DNA of 44,627 nt from an uncultured Bacilli bacterium (GTDB lineage: Bacteria > Bacillota_I > Bacilli_A > RF39 > UBA660): the NCBI GenBank assembly GCA_944359095.1, contig CALVSS010000002.1:1-44627 (forward strand), written 5' to 3'. The translations under genes and the position numbers were made by a program. The notes under the pieces were generated by a model. The model did no database searches, had not been told where the DNA came from, and was given only the letters and a program-made list of their open reading frames with translations. Shown here piece by piece: positions 8,071 to 16,577 of the stretch. Positions within the stretch are counted from its first letter, which is position 1. Every line of letters starts with the position of its first letter.

Positions 8071-8510
8071 TGTTGTTCCTCGTACTTTGCTATTTTTTGT
8101 CTACGTCTAACATGTTTTTCTTCATCTGATGCTTTGGTGTTTATAAATTTTTCTATTAGTTCTAGAGCCTTGGATAGTGTCGTTTTTTCTCCGAAAGCAA
8201 TAATATTTGCATCATTATCTTTTCTAGTTGCTTCTGCTTCTTCTATTCTATCTACTTTTGCACAACGAATTCCTTTTACTTTGTTACAGGCTATACTAAT
8301 TCCTATTCCTGTTCCACAAATAGCTATTCCAAAATCTGCATTTTTACTTGTAATTAGTTTTCCTAATTTAAAGGCATAATCTGGGTAATCCACAGATTGT
8401 TCTGAATTTGTTCCACAGTCAATCATTTGATATTTATCTTTTAATTGTTCTATAATTTGTTTTTTTAAATTATATCCTCTATGATCACTAGCAATTCCAA
8501 TTTTCAACAT
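8064..8510 (-). CDS. rpiB: Ribose-5-phosphate isomerase B (RpiB/LacAB family)
   Basis: MLKIGIASDHRGYNLK...GIAICGTGIGISIACNK is the typical RpiB core. Confidence 0.9.
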   Translation of the reverse strand: MLKIGIASDHRGYNLKKQIIEQLKDKYQMIDCGTNSEQSVDYPDYAFKLGKLITSKNADFGIAICGTGIGISIACNKVKGIRCAKVDRIEEAEATRKDNDANIIAFGEKTTLSKALELIEKFINTKASDEEKHVRRRQKIAKYEEQQC

Positions 8511-8574
8511 ACGTTTCCTTCTTTCTTATTAATATTATATCACTTAACAATGCTTTTTTCATTTATAACTATAT

Positions 8575-8597
8575 TTTATCCACAATTCCTGTGGATA
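8575..8597. promoter_or_regulatory. Inverted pair of DnaA-box-like 9-mers upstream of rpiB
   Basis: TTATCCACA (8575-8583) is a perfect DnaA-box consensus. After a 5-bp spacer, TGTGGATAT (8589-8597) is the reverse complement ATATCCACA, an 8/9 match. The arms form an 8-bp perfect palindrome. Confidence 0.3.
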
Positions 8598-8604
8598 TTT
8601 TATG

Positions 8605-8634
8605 TAAAACAAAAAAACTACTTTTCGTAGTTTT
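8605..8634 (-). terminator. Rho-independent terminator after the NrnA-like DHH gene
   Basis: AAAACTAC (8614-8621) pairs with GTAGTTTT (8627-8634), 5-nt loop, then a T-run on the minus strand. Overlaps the stop codon. Confidence 0.6.
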
Positions 8635-9619
8635 ATTTTTGTATTTTATGACTTAACTCTTCTTTAAGTGAAATCTTTTCTTTTTCTGCTTCATATTCAG
8701 AAAGAACTTTTGCTATTACATTTTCAAAGGTGTCATTATATAATCTTCCTACACACATTGTTTCATGACCACCACCATTACATTCTGTTGCAATTTCTAA
8801 GATGTTGATTGGACATTCACCTAACTTTTTAAATTTTATAATGTAGTCGTTTCCTATTCCTATGATAAAGCAACTTACTGGATTTTCTTTTGTTGGTGCA
8901 ACTTTCTTATGAAAGTCATTATGATTTACTAATAAAGAAGTATCTTTACTGTTTTCTGGCTCTAAAAGCTTATATACTTTTAATCCTTCTACTGGTACTG
9001 ATACTGGTTCTATTTTGCTTAGTAAATATTCTTGTTTAAGAGTTAGCTTTACCATACTTATAATTGCGTTTTGCTTTTCTTCGGATGTTAAAGGAAGCGA
9101 TAAAATAGTTTCTACCGTTTTGTCAGTTACATTATAATTAAATTCTGATGTATCTGATGCGATTCCTATATACAAGTTATAGGCCATATTACTAGGTATA
9201 TCTAGTTCTTTTTCTAATAATTTTTCAGCAATAATTTGACAAGTCGCTGCTGCCTTTGAATCAATTAATTTGTTATTATCTGGTACTTCTAATTCTACTC
9301 TATTACCTGTGTGATGATCAATTAAATATCTTTTTTCCACAGGTACTTGTTCAAATAGTTCTATACCATAAACTCTATCATATTCATTGGTATCGCAAAC
9401 TAAAGCATAATCCAAATGTATATTTTTTGCTTCTTCTATTGAAAAATGCTTTCTATTTCCTTTAACTTTTTCGTCTAAATAACTTGATTCTATTATAGGT
9501 ACTACTTTCAAATTTGAATAGTATGTTTCTAATATCTCTGCCATTGTCTCTGTGCTGCATAATGCATCTAGATCACATCCTTTATGAGTAAATATTCCAA
9601 CATTCTTCATAAGGGTCAT
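8633..9619 (-). CDS. DHH/DHHA1 phosphoesterase (NrnA-like nanoRNase / pAp phosphatase family)
   Basis: Motifs GCDLDALCS, IDHHTGN and GGGHETM in a 328-aa soluble protein. Confidence 0.75.
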   Translation of the reverse strand: MTLMKNVGIFTHKGCDLDALCSTETMAEILETYYSNLKVVPIIESSYLDEKVKGNRKHFSIEEAKNIHLDYALVCDTNEYDRVYGIELFEQVPVEKRYLIDHHTGNRVELEVPDNNKLIDSKAAATCQIIAEKLLEKELDIPSNMAYNLYIGIASDTSEFNYNVTDKTVETILSLPLTSEEKQNAIISMVKLTLKQEYLLSKIEPVSVPVEGLKVYKLLEPENSKDTSLLVNHNDFHKKVAPTKENPVSCFIIGIGNDYIIKFKKLGECPINILEIATECNGGGHETMCVGRLYNDTFENVIAKVLSEYEAEKEKISLKEELSHKIQK

Positions 9620-9667
9620 CTGCTTTCTAAAAGAAAAATATTATTCACATTTTATTAAGCTATTTTA

Positions 9668-9871
9668 TTATTTGTTAAAGCCATATTTTTTGTTGAATTT
9701 ATCAACACGTCCAGCACGTGATGCTCTACTTTGTTTTCCAGTATAGAATGGATGACATTTTGAACATACTTCAACGTTGATTTTATCTTTTGTTGATTTG
9801 CAAGTAAAAGTTTCTCCACATGCACAAGTAACTACGCAGTCTTTTACTTCTGGATGAATTCCTTTTTTCAT
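9668..9871 (-). CDS. rpmE: 50S ribosomal protein L31, Zn-binding type A
   Basis: MKKGIHPEV...CACGE...[10 protein letters not shown]. Start at ATG 9871 with a GGAAGGAG RBS. The ORF-track start at 9907 is too long. Confidence 0.9.
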   Translation of the reverse strand: MKKGIHPEVKDCVVTCACGETFTCKSTKDKINVEVCSKCHPFYTGKQSRASRAGRVDKFNKKYGFNK

Positions 9872-9933
9872 ATTATCTCTCCTTCCGCCATAGCTCATTT
9901 GAGCCATAGTAATTAACTAGCGTTATTAGTATA

Positions 9934-10653
9934 TCAGTTATTTTTTTCTTTTGCAAGTTTTTTTGTTATTTCATAAGCTATTTTCTTATATCCTTCTCTT
10001 CTAATATAAATACTATTAGGATTTAAAAAATCTTCATTTGTTATTATCTTAGCTGTTGATATGTATTCTATTCCTTGCATATTTTTATAAATTGTTTCTA
10101 GTTTTGTTAATCCTTCTTTTATATATATATTTTCAAATGGGATATTAGGGTATCCAATGATATAAATAGTTTTTGGATAATATGTTTTTATTTCTTTTAT
10201 TAATCTTGTTAATTCTTTTTCAATATTGTTCATTATGCTATTTAATTTATACTCATTTAAATTTGGAGTGATTGCTATATGATAGATAAGGTCATTTAAT
10301 CCTATTGTTATTGTTACTAAATTGGATTCTCTTAATATTTCTTTTATATTTTTTTCACTATGATTTATTGTTATTTTTTCATTTGTTACGATTGCATCAT
10401 AAAGATTATTAATGGATTCATCTTTTGATGTGTAGTCTTTAGTATATAATTTTAATTTTTTACTTTTTTGTAAACTATCTTTTATAAAATCACTATAACC
10501 ATATTCTTCTATTCCATAGGAATTTATGCCTTTAGCATAGCCATCTCCTAAAGAAGTATAATTATAGTAATGATTGTGATTATTTTTATAAATCATAAAT
10601 ATTGTGAAAATAATAAGTAGAAAAATAATTAATTTATAGTGTTTTTTTATCAT
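9934..10653 (-). CDS. Membrane-anchored SGNH/GDSL-fold protein with substituted catalytic residues
   Basis: N-terminal TM helix. Block I reads LGDGYAKG where GDS is expected. Block III GLND is intact. Block V reads NSIY where DxxH is expected. Confidence 0.6.
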   Translation of the reverse strand: MIKKHYKLIIFLLIIFTIFMIYKNNHNHYYNYTSLGDGYAKGINSYGIEEYGYSDFIKDSLQKSKKLKLYTKDYTSKDESINNLYDAIVTNEKITINHSEKNIKEILRESNLVTITIGLNDLIYHIAITPNLNEYKLNSIMNNIEKELTRLIKEIKTYYPKTIYIIGYPNIPFENIYIKEGLTKLETIYKNMQGIEYISTAKIITNEDFLNPNSIYIRREGYKKIAYEITKKLAKEKNN

Positions 10654-10660
10654 AATTCCT

Positions 10661-10697
10661 CCAAAAAAAAGAAATATAACTATTTCATTATATTTCT
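10661..10697 (-). terminator. Rho-independent terminator after murA
   Basis: AAGAAATATAA (10668-10678) pairs with TTATATTTCTT (10687-10697), 8-nt loop, then 8 T on the minus strand. Confidence 0.6.
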
Positions 10698-11941
10698 TTT
10701 ATGGTTATTTTAGCACCTACACTTGTTAATTTTTCTACAATTTGTTCATATCCTCTTAAAATGTGTTCGACATTAGTAATTGTTGTTGTTCCTTCAGCGA
10801 TTAATCCGGCAGTTACCATTGCTGCTCCAGCTCTTAAGTCTGTTGCTACTACGGATGTTCCTATTAATTTTCTTGGCCCAATAATTGTTGCTGTTTGATT
10901 CTTTACTGTGATATCTGCTCCTAGATCTTTTAAATATGGAACATGCATAAATCTATTTTCAAATATTGTTTCTGTTACTTTGGACTTTCCATTACATTGT
11001 GTTAATAATACAGAAAATGGTTGTTGTAAATCTGTAGGAAAGCCTGGATAAACTAATGTTTTAATATTTGTTGCTTTATATTCTTTTGTTTTTGATACTA
11101 AAACATAATCTGCTCCAACTTGTAATTCAACACCAATTTCTTCTAATTTTGATAATAGTGAATCTATATGTTCTGGGATGATGTTATCTACTTTTAAATT
11201 TTTTCCACATAGTGCTCCAATGATAATATAAGTTCCTGCTTCTATTCTATCCGGTATTACTTCATGAAAACATTTATGTAGGGTCTCTACTCCTTTTATT
11301 TTTATGGTTGATGTTCCTGCTCCACTTATTTTGGCTCCCATATTATTTAAGAAGGTAGCAACATTTACGATTTCTGGTTCTTTAGCAGCATTATCAATAA
11401 CAGTTGTGCCTTTGGCTTTTACTGCGGCTAACATAATATTAATGGTTGCTCCTACGGATGCTATATCTAAATAAATGTTGGCACCATGTAATTCATCAGC
11501 TTCTACTATGTATTTATTTTGCTCATTTGTTACTTTAGCTCCTAGGGCTTCAAAACCTTTTAGATGTAGGTCAATTGGTCTTGCTCCTATAGAACATCCT
11601 CCTGGAAAATACATTACGGCTTTTTTATATTTTCCTAGTAATGCACCCATAAAGTAGTAAGAGGCTCTTAATTTTTTTGAAAATTTTTCGGCAATCTCTA
11701 CATTTCTCATATTTTGGGGATTAATTATAATACTTTCACTTGCTCTTTTTACATCTACATTTAATTCTTTTAAAATGTCGCATAAAGAATCTGTATCTGT
11801 AATTTCTGGAATATTACAAATCGTTGCTTCTTCGTCAGTCAATATGGCTGCTGGTATTAAGGCAACTGTAGCATTTTTGGCTCCACTAATGCGGATTGTT
11901 CCATTCAATTCTTTATTGCCTTCTATTTCCATTATTTTCAT
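10688..11941 (-). CDS. murA: UDP-N-acetylglucosamine 1-carboxyvinyltransferase
   Basis: 417 aa with RISGAKNA, the catalytic-loop Cys in GGCSIGARPIDLH, and the full EPSP-synthase-like fold length. Confidence 0.95.
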   Translation of the reverse strand: MKIMEIEGNKELNGTIRISGAKNATVALIPAAILTDEEATICNIPEITDTDSLCDILKELNVDVKRASESIIINPQNMRNVEIAEKFSKKLRASYYFMGALLGKYKKAVMYFPGGCSIGARPIDLHLKGFEALGAKVTNEQNKYIVEADELHGANIYLDIASVGATINIMLAAVKAKGTTVIDNAAKEPEIVNVATFLNNMGAKISGAGTSTIKIKGVETLHKCFHEVIPDRIEAGTYIIIGALCGKNLKVDNIIPEHIDSLLSKLEEIGVELQVGADYVLVSKTKEYKATNIKTLVYPGFPTDLQQPFSVLLTQCNGKSKVTETIFENRFMHVPYLKDLGADITVKNQTATIIGPRKLIGTSVVATDLRAGAAMVTAGLIAEGTTTITNVEHILRGYEQIVEKLTSVGAKITIKEI

Positions 11942-11969
11942 TTTTTACCTCCCTTGGCCTCACTATATT

Positions 11970-12815
11970 TTATCTCTTTGTTCCAAATAGAGTGACAATT
12001 TCTTCTATTCTAGTTTTTATTGCTTGTTCTCCACTACCTATGATTTTTCTTGGGTCATAGACTTCTTTATTTTCGTCTAAGAATTTTCTTACCGCTTTAC
12101 TCCATACGGATTGTAAATCAGTATTTATATTTATTTTGGAAATTCCACAAGCAATTGCTTTTTTTATTTTATCTGCTGGAATACCAGTTCCTCCATGAAG
12201 TACTAATGGAATTGGTAGATGGTCATTGATTATTTTCATAGTTTCAAAATCTAAATTTGGTTCACCTTTATAAAATCCATGAACACTTCCAAGTGCTGGT
12301 GCTAAAGAATCAATTCCAGTATTTTCATATAACGTTAAGCAATCTTCTAAAGTTGCATTGGTTGCACTAGAAGTAATATTATCTTCCGTTCCTCCAATAT
12401 GACCTACTTCTGCTTCTACAGTTACTCCTCTTTGATGAGCGTATTCTACAACCTCTTTGGTAATTTGTATATTTTCAGCTAATTCATGACGAGAAGCATC
12501 TATCATAACTGAAGTAAATCCGGCATCAATTGCTTTTATACAAGTTTCTTTACTACTTCCATGATCTACGTGTAAGCATACAGGAATTGTAATATTTAAA
12601 TCTTTCATTAATCCTTTTACCATTCCTGTGATAGCATCAAAGCCGCCCATATATTTGGCTGCTCCTTCACTGACTCCTAATATTACGGGAATTTGTAATT
12701 CATTACATTTTTCTAAGATATATTTTGTCCATTCTAAGTTATTAATATTGAAATGAGGAACTGCATATTTTCCCTTTTTTGCATTCATTAACATTTCATT
12801 AAAGTTTACTAGCAT
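11970..12815 (-). CDS. fba: Class II fructose-1,6-bisphosphate aldolase
   Basis: 281 aa with VPHFNINNLEW, LHVDHG and LVLHGGTG motifs. Confidence 0.9.
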   Translation of the reverse strand: MLVNFNEMLMNAKKGKYAVPHFNINNLEWTKYILEKCNELQIPVILGVSEGAAKYMGGFDAITGMVKGLMKDLNITIPVCLHVDHGSSKETCIKAIDAGFTSVMIDASRHELAENIQITKEVVEYAHQRGVTVEAEVGHIGGTEDNITSSATNATLEDCLTLYENTGIDSLAPALGSVHGFYKGEPNLDFETMKIINDHLPIPLVLHGGTGIPADKIKKAIACGISKININTDLQSVWSKAVRKFLDENKEVYDPRKIIGSGEQAIKTRIEEIVTLFGTKR

Positions 12816-12836
12816 ATTAGCCCACCTTTCATATAT

Positions 12837-12865
12837 ATCATAAGCAATCTTTACTTATTTGTCAA
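12837..12865 (-). promoter_or_regulatory. Sigma-A-type promoter for fba-murA
   Basis: On the minus strand: TTGACA, 17-bp spacer, TATGAT, about 25 nt upstream of the AAAGGTGGG RBS. Confidence 0.5.
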
Positions 12866-12912
12866 AATAAAAAGATAGGTTGTGATAAAAAATGTAAATT
12901 ACTTTTTTCTTT

Positions 12913-13446
12913 TTAAAAAATTAGATATTTTATTCCTAATAAAAATAAAATTATAATTCCTATATATTCAGCTTTATTTTCAAATTTTTCGGCTATTTTA
13001 TTTCCTAATATGACTCCTAATAGTGTAAATATTCCACTGATTATAGCAAATATAAGACATGGTTCTATTATCTTTTTGGTTGTTAATGATAAAGCAATTC
13101 CTACAGAAAAGCTATCGATACTTACAGTAAAAGCAAAAATAATAATAGAAAGCATATTGGTTATTGTACCTGTTTTTTCTTCTTTTCTGGATAAAAACAT
13201 TTCTATTGCTAAAATTAGGAAAATAATTCCTACTAGATAATTTGCTTTAGCTATATAATTTAATAATAATTTGGTTCCTAAAAAAGCTCCTAGTTGAGGC
13301 ATAAAAAAGTGAAATATTCCGACAGTTAGACTTAATAGTATCTTTTTTATAGATGTAATTTTTGTTGTTCCATAAGCTAAAGCTAGAGAAAAAGCATCCA
13401 TACTTAGTCCTATTGCAATAAAAAAATATATAAGGATATCATTCAT
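12913..13446 (-). CDS. mntP: Manganese efflux pump MntP (YwlD family)
   Basis: 177 aa with 6 TM helices. Duplicated DAFS/DSFSVG motifs (SMDAFSLALAYG, SIDSFSVGIAL). Confidence 0.85.
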   Translation of the reverse strand: MNDILIYFFIAIGLSMDAFSLALAYGTTKITSIKKILLSLTVGIFHFFMPQLGAFLGTKLLLNYIAKANYLVGIIFLILAIEMFLSRKEEKTGTITNMLSIIIFAFTVSIDSFSVGIALSLTTKKIIEPCLIFAIISGIFTLLGVILGNKIAEKFENKAEYIGIIILFLLGIKYLIF

Positions 13447-13480
13447 AATATCACCTTATATATTTTATTTGTTTTATCTA

Positions 13481-13999
13481 TTAAAAATACTTATCAATTA
13501 CTTCTTTTACAAAGGAAGTATATTCGACATTTTCTTGCTCTTCTTCTGTATCAAGAAGACATAGTGGAGGAAATAATACGCACCAAAAGTTTTCTCCTAA
13601 GCCATTTCCTAACGTAATTACTAGGGATTCATATTCTCCTTCTTCGTAAACTATGCCTTTATATTCTTTTTCTGGAAAATAATTCATTCCATAATCTATT
13701 GTAAATGTTTCTTTACTTTGATTTTTTTCTAATGTTTCTTTTACAATTTTAGAAAATTCTGGGATAGTATTTTTTATATTTTTTCTAGAATTTTCTAGTG
13801 ATGTATCTAAAAAAGTTAATTTTCTAATTTCTTGATTTAAATTAGTTACTACTTTCTTTTTTAAGGTTTGGTCTTCTTCTTTATCACTGTTAGCAATTAC
13901 TCTAAATCTTATCGCCTCTTTGGGAATGATTACTTTTTCTTCTTTATTAATCGCTAATATAGTAATTATTACTGCTAAAAAGATAATTAGTTTTTTCAT
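13481..13999 (-). CDS. spoIIR: Stage II sporulation protein R-like signalling protein
   Basis: Signal/anchor helix, then AIRFRVIANSDKEEDQTLK and the C-terminal FWCVLFPPLC motif typical of SpoIIR. Syntenic with B. subtilis (near prmC and mntP). Confidence 0.75.
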   Translation of the reverse strand: MKKLIIFLAVIITILAINKEEKVIIPKEAIRFRVIANSDKEEDQTLKKKVVTNLNQEIRKLTFLDTSLENSRKNIKNTIPEFSKIVKETLEKNQSKETFTIDYGMNYFPEKEYKGIVYEEGEYESLVITLGNGLGENFWCVLFPPLCLLDTEEEQENVEYTSFVKEVIDKYF

Positions 14000-14056
14000 A
14001 TTTCTCTTCCTTTCATATTCATAGTGAGAGAAATATTTTTATTTTATACAATATTT

Positions 14057-14884
14057 TTAATTTTTTATTCCATTAAAGATAAATACCATTCTATCTTTTT
14101 CAGATAGATCTTTTTTTACTAGCATCGTTGCATTTGGTAGATAATAATTCACAAGCTTTTTTATATCTTCTGCTTGGGTCATTCCTATTTCAAAGGCAAT
14201 TAGACATTTTTCTTTCATATGTGGGGTAACCGTTTCTAATATTTTTTTATAACAATCCAGTCCATCTTTTCCTGCATATAGAGCAATACTTGGTTCATTT
14301 TCTTTTACTATAGATTCTATTTCTTCTTCCGTTTTAATATAGGGTGGATTACTGATAATAATATCATATTTTTTATTCACAGATGTAAACATATCACTTT
14401 CTATTAAATTTGCTTTAGAATTTAGTTTTACACAATTAATTTTTGCTACTTCTAAGGCTTCTTTACTAATATCTATTAAATCCACAGATTTTGTGGAAAC
14501 TTTTTTTTCAAGAGTTAGACCAATTACTCCACTTCCACAACCTAAATCTATAATATCCACAGGTTCTGTGAAAAACTCTTTGATATATTTTACGGTATTT
14601 TCCACAAGCTCTTCTGTTTCAAATCTAGGAATTAAGACTCTTTTATCAATATAAAATTCATTTCCATAAAAATTAACATGTCCTAATACATATTGAAGTG
14701 GTTTATTTTCTTCTAATGCCTTGATTTCTTCTTTTAATAAGTTTACTTTTTCTTCTGGTACTTCTTCTTGCAAATGATTTAATAGTTCTAATGGATTACA
14801 ATTTAAAAGTTCTGCAACTAATATTTTGGCATGATCAGAGTGAATGTGTCCTTTAGCAAAAAACAGAAGATTTTCTACTGTCAT
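14057..14884 (-). CDS. prmC: Release-factor glutamine N5-methyltransferase
   Basis: DLGCGSG SAM motif and NPPY catalytic motif. ATG overlaps the prfA stop (TAATG). Confidence 0.9.
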   Translation of the reverse strand: MTVENLLFFAKGHIHSDHAKILVAELLNCNPLELLNHLQEEVPEEKVNLLKEEIKALEENKPLQYVLGHVNFYGNEFYIDKRVLIPRFETEELVENTVKYIKEFFTEPVDIIDLGCGSGVIGLTLEKKVSTKSVDLIDISKEALEVAKINCVKLNSKANLIESDMFTSVNKKYDIIISNPPYIKTEEEIESIVKENEPSIALYAGKDGLDCYKKILETVTPHMKEKCLIAFEIGMTQAEDIKKLVNYYLPNATMLVKKDLSEKDRMVFIFNGIKN

Positions 14885-15960
14885 TATTCTTCTGTTTCTC
14901 CTTGTAATTTTCTCTTTTGATCTTCACTAATTAATGCTTCAATGATATCATCAAGATCTCCATCCATTACTCTATCTAAGTTTTTTGTTGTAAATCCAAT
15001 TCTATGATCTGTTACACGATTTTGTGGATAATTGTATGTTCTTATTTTTTCTGCACGATCTCCTGTACCAATTTTACTTCTTCTTTCTGCTCCAGCAGCT
15101 TCTTGTTGCTGTCTTAATTGCATTTCATAAAGTCTTGTCTTTAAAACTTTCATTGCTTGCTCTTTATTTTGAATTTGACTTCTTTCATTTTGGCAAGTTA
15201 CTACTGTATTGGTTGGTAAGTGGGTAATTCTTACTGCAGAATCTGTAGTATTTACTCCTTGTCCACCACAACCACTAGAACGATAAATATCAATTCTTAA
15301 ATCACTTGGGTTAATTTCAATTTCTATATCTTCATCGGCTTCTGGCATTACTAATACCGTTGCTGTTGAAGTTTGTAATCTTCCATTGGCTTCTGTTACT
15401 GGTACACGTTGTACTCTATGGGATCCACTTTCATATTTTAATAAAGAATAGGCATTTTTTCCTTTTACAGTAAATTCAATTTGACTATATCCTCCTGCAG
15501 CTCCTTCTACAGCATTATATACTTTATACGAAAAGCCTTTTTTTTCAGCATATCTTGTATACATTCTAAATAGGTCTCCTGCAAAAATATTTGCTTCGTC
15601 TCCACCAGCAGCTCCACGAATTTCAATTACAACATTTTTTCCATCATTAGGGTCTTTAGGAATTAGTAATACTTCTAATTTTTTATCTAATTGTTCTTTC
15701 GTATTTTCTAATTCTTTTAACTCTTCTTTTGCCATTTCTCCTAAATCTGGATCTTTTGTCATTTCTTTGGTATTTTCTATTTCTCCTAAAACCTTTTTAT
15801 ATTCTTTGTAGCAGGTAATCACATCTTCCATAGAAGCTATTTCTTTAGAATAATCTCTTGTTTTTTTAACATCACTTAATACTTCAGGTTTTGTTAATTC
15901 TTCTTGTAAGTGATTGTATTTTTCTAGCATGGCCTCTAATCTGTCTATCATTTTTTTCAC
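14884..15960 (-). CDS. prfA: Peptide chain release factor 1
   Basis: PVT tripeptide (VQRVPVTE) and the GGQ motif (SSGCGGQGVNT). Confidence 0.95.
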   Translation of the reverse strand: MKKMIDRLEAMLEKYNHLQEELTKPEVLSDVKKTRDYSKEIASMEDVITCYKEYKKVLGEIENTKEMTKDPDLGEMAKEELKELENTKEQLDKKLEVLLIPKDPNDGKNVVIEIRGAAGGDEANIFAGDLFRMYTRYAEKKGFSYKVYNAVEGAAGGYSQIEFTVKGKNAYSLLKYESGSHRVQRVPVTEANGRLQTSTATVLVMPEADEDIEIEINPSDLRIDIYRSSGCGGQGVNTTDSAVRITHLPTNTVVTCQNERSQIQNKEQAMKVLKTRLYEMQLRQQQEAAGAERRSKIGTGDRAEKIRTYNYPQNRVTDHRIGFTTKNLDRVMDGDLDDIIEALISEDQKRKLQGETEE

Positions 15961-16002
15961 CCTTTCTTGGTAATCAATCGTATTATATCATATTTCTTTT
16001 AA

Positions 16003-16028
16003 GAAAAAAACTAGATTATTGTTCTAGT
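16003..16028 (-). terminator. Probable terminator after rpoE
   Basis: ACTAGA (16010-16015) pairs with TCTAGT (16023-16028), 7-nt loop, then 7 T on the minus strand. Confidence 0.45.
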
Positions 16029-16468
16029 TCTAATTCATCTTCATCTATTACGACTAAATCTTTTAATTCTTCGTTGGTATTTCCATCATATTCTTCATCA
16101 GTATCATCATAGCTATCTTCTTCTAGTTCTTCACTTTCTTCTTTTTCAGAATCAGAATCGTTATCTTCCTCTTCTTCCTCATCCTCGTCTTCATCGGTTA
16201 CTTTAGCTACTTTATCAGAAGTGTGACGACTTCTTAAATCCCATTTTCCATCATCTAAAAGAATGAATCTTTTATCAGTTGATAATGCTGTATAGTAATC
16301 ACCTATTTTGGCTTCAAAAGTACTTTCTGGTAAATCTAATAGCTTTATGATTTTTCTAAATAAGTCTGCTGTATTTATAGGCTTTTTACTTTCTTCTAAT
16401 ATTAAATTAGTAATATCTTTATTTGATAATAATTCTAAATCTTCTTTCTTCATTTTACTAAGACTCAT
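16016..16468 (-). CDS. rpoE: RNA polymerase delta subunit
   Basis: N-terminal HARE-HTH-like domain (DLFRKIIKLL...YYTALSTDKRFILLDDGKWDLR) and a long poly-acidic C-terminal tail. Confidence 0.85.
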   Translation of the reverse strand: MSLSKMKKEDLELLSNKDITNLILEESKKPINTADLFRKIIKLLDLPESTFEAKIGDYYTALSTDKRFILLDDGKWDLRSRHTSDKVAKVTDEDEDEEEEEDNDSDSEKEESEELEEDSYDDTDEEYDGNTNEELKDLVVIDEDELELEQ

Positions 16469-16577
16469 AATGCCCTCCTATATTCAAAAACATTATATGC
16501 TAAATTATATATTTTGTTATGGTAAAAAAATTACCAATAAACTTATAACATATATCGATTAGACTTGCAACACTTTT

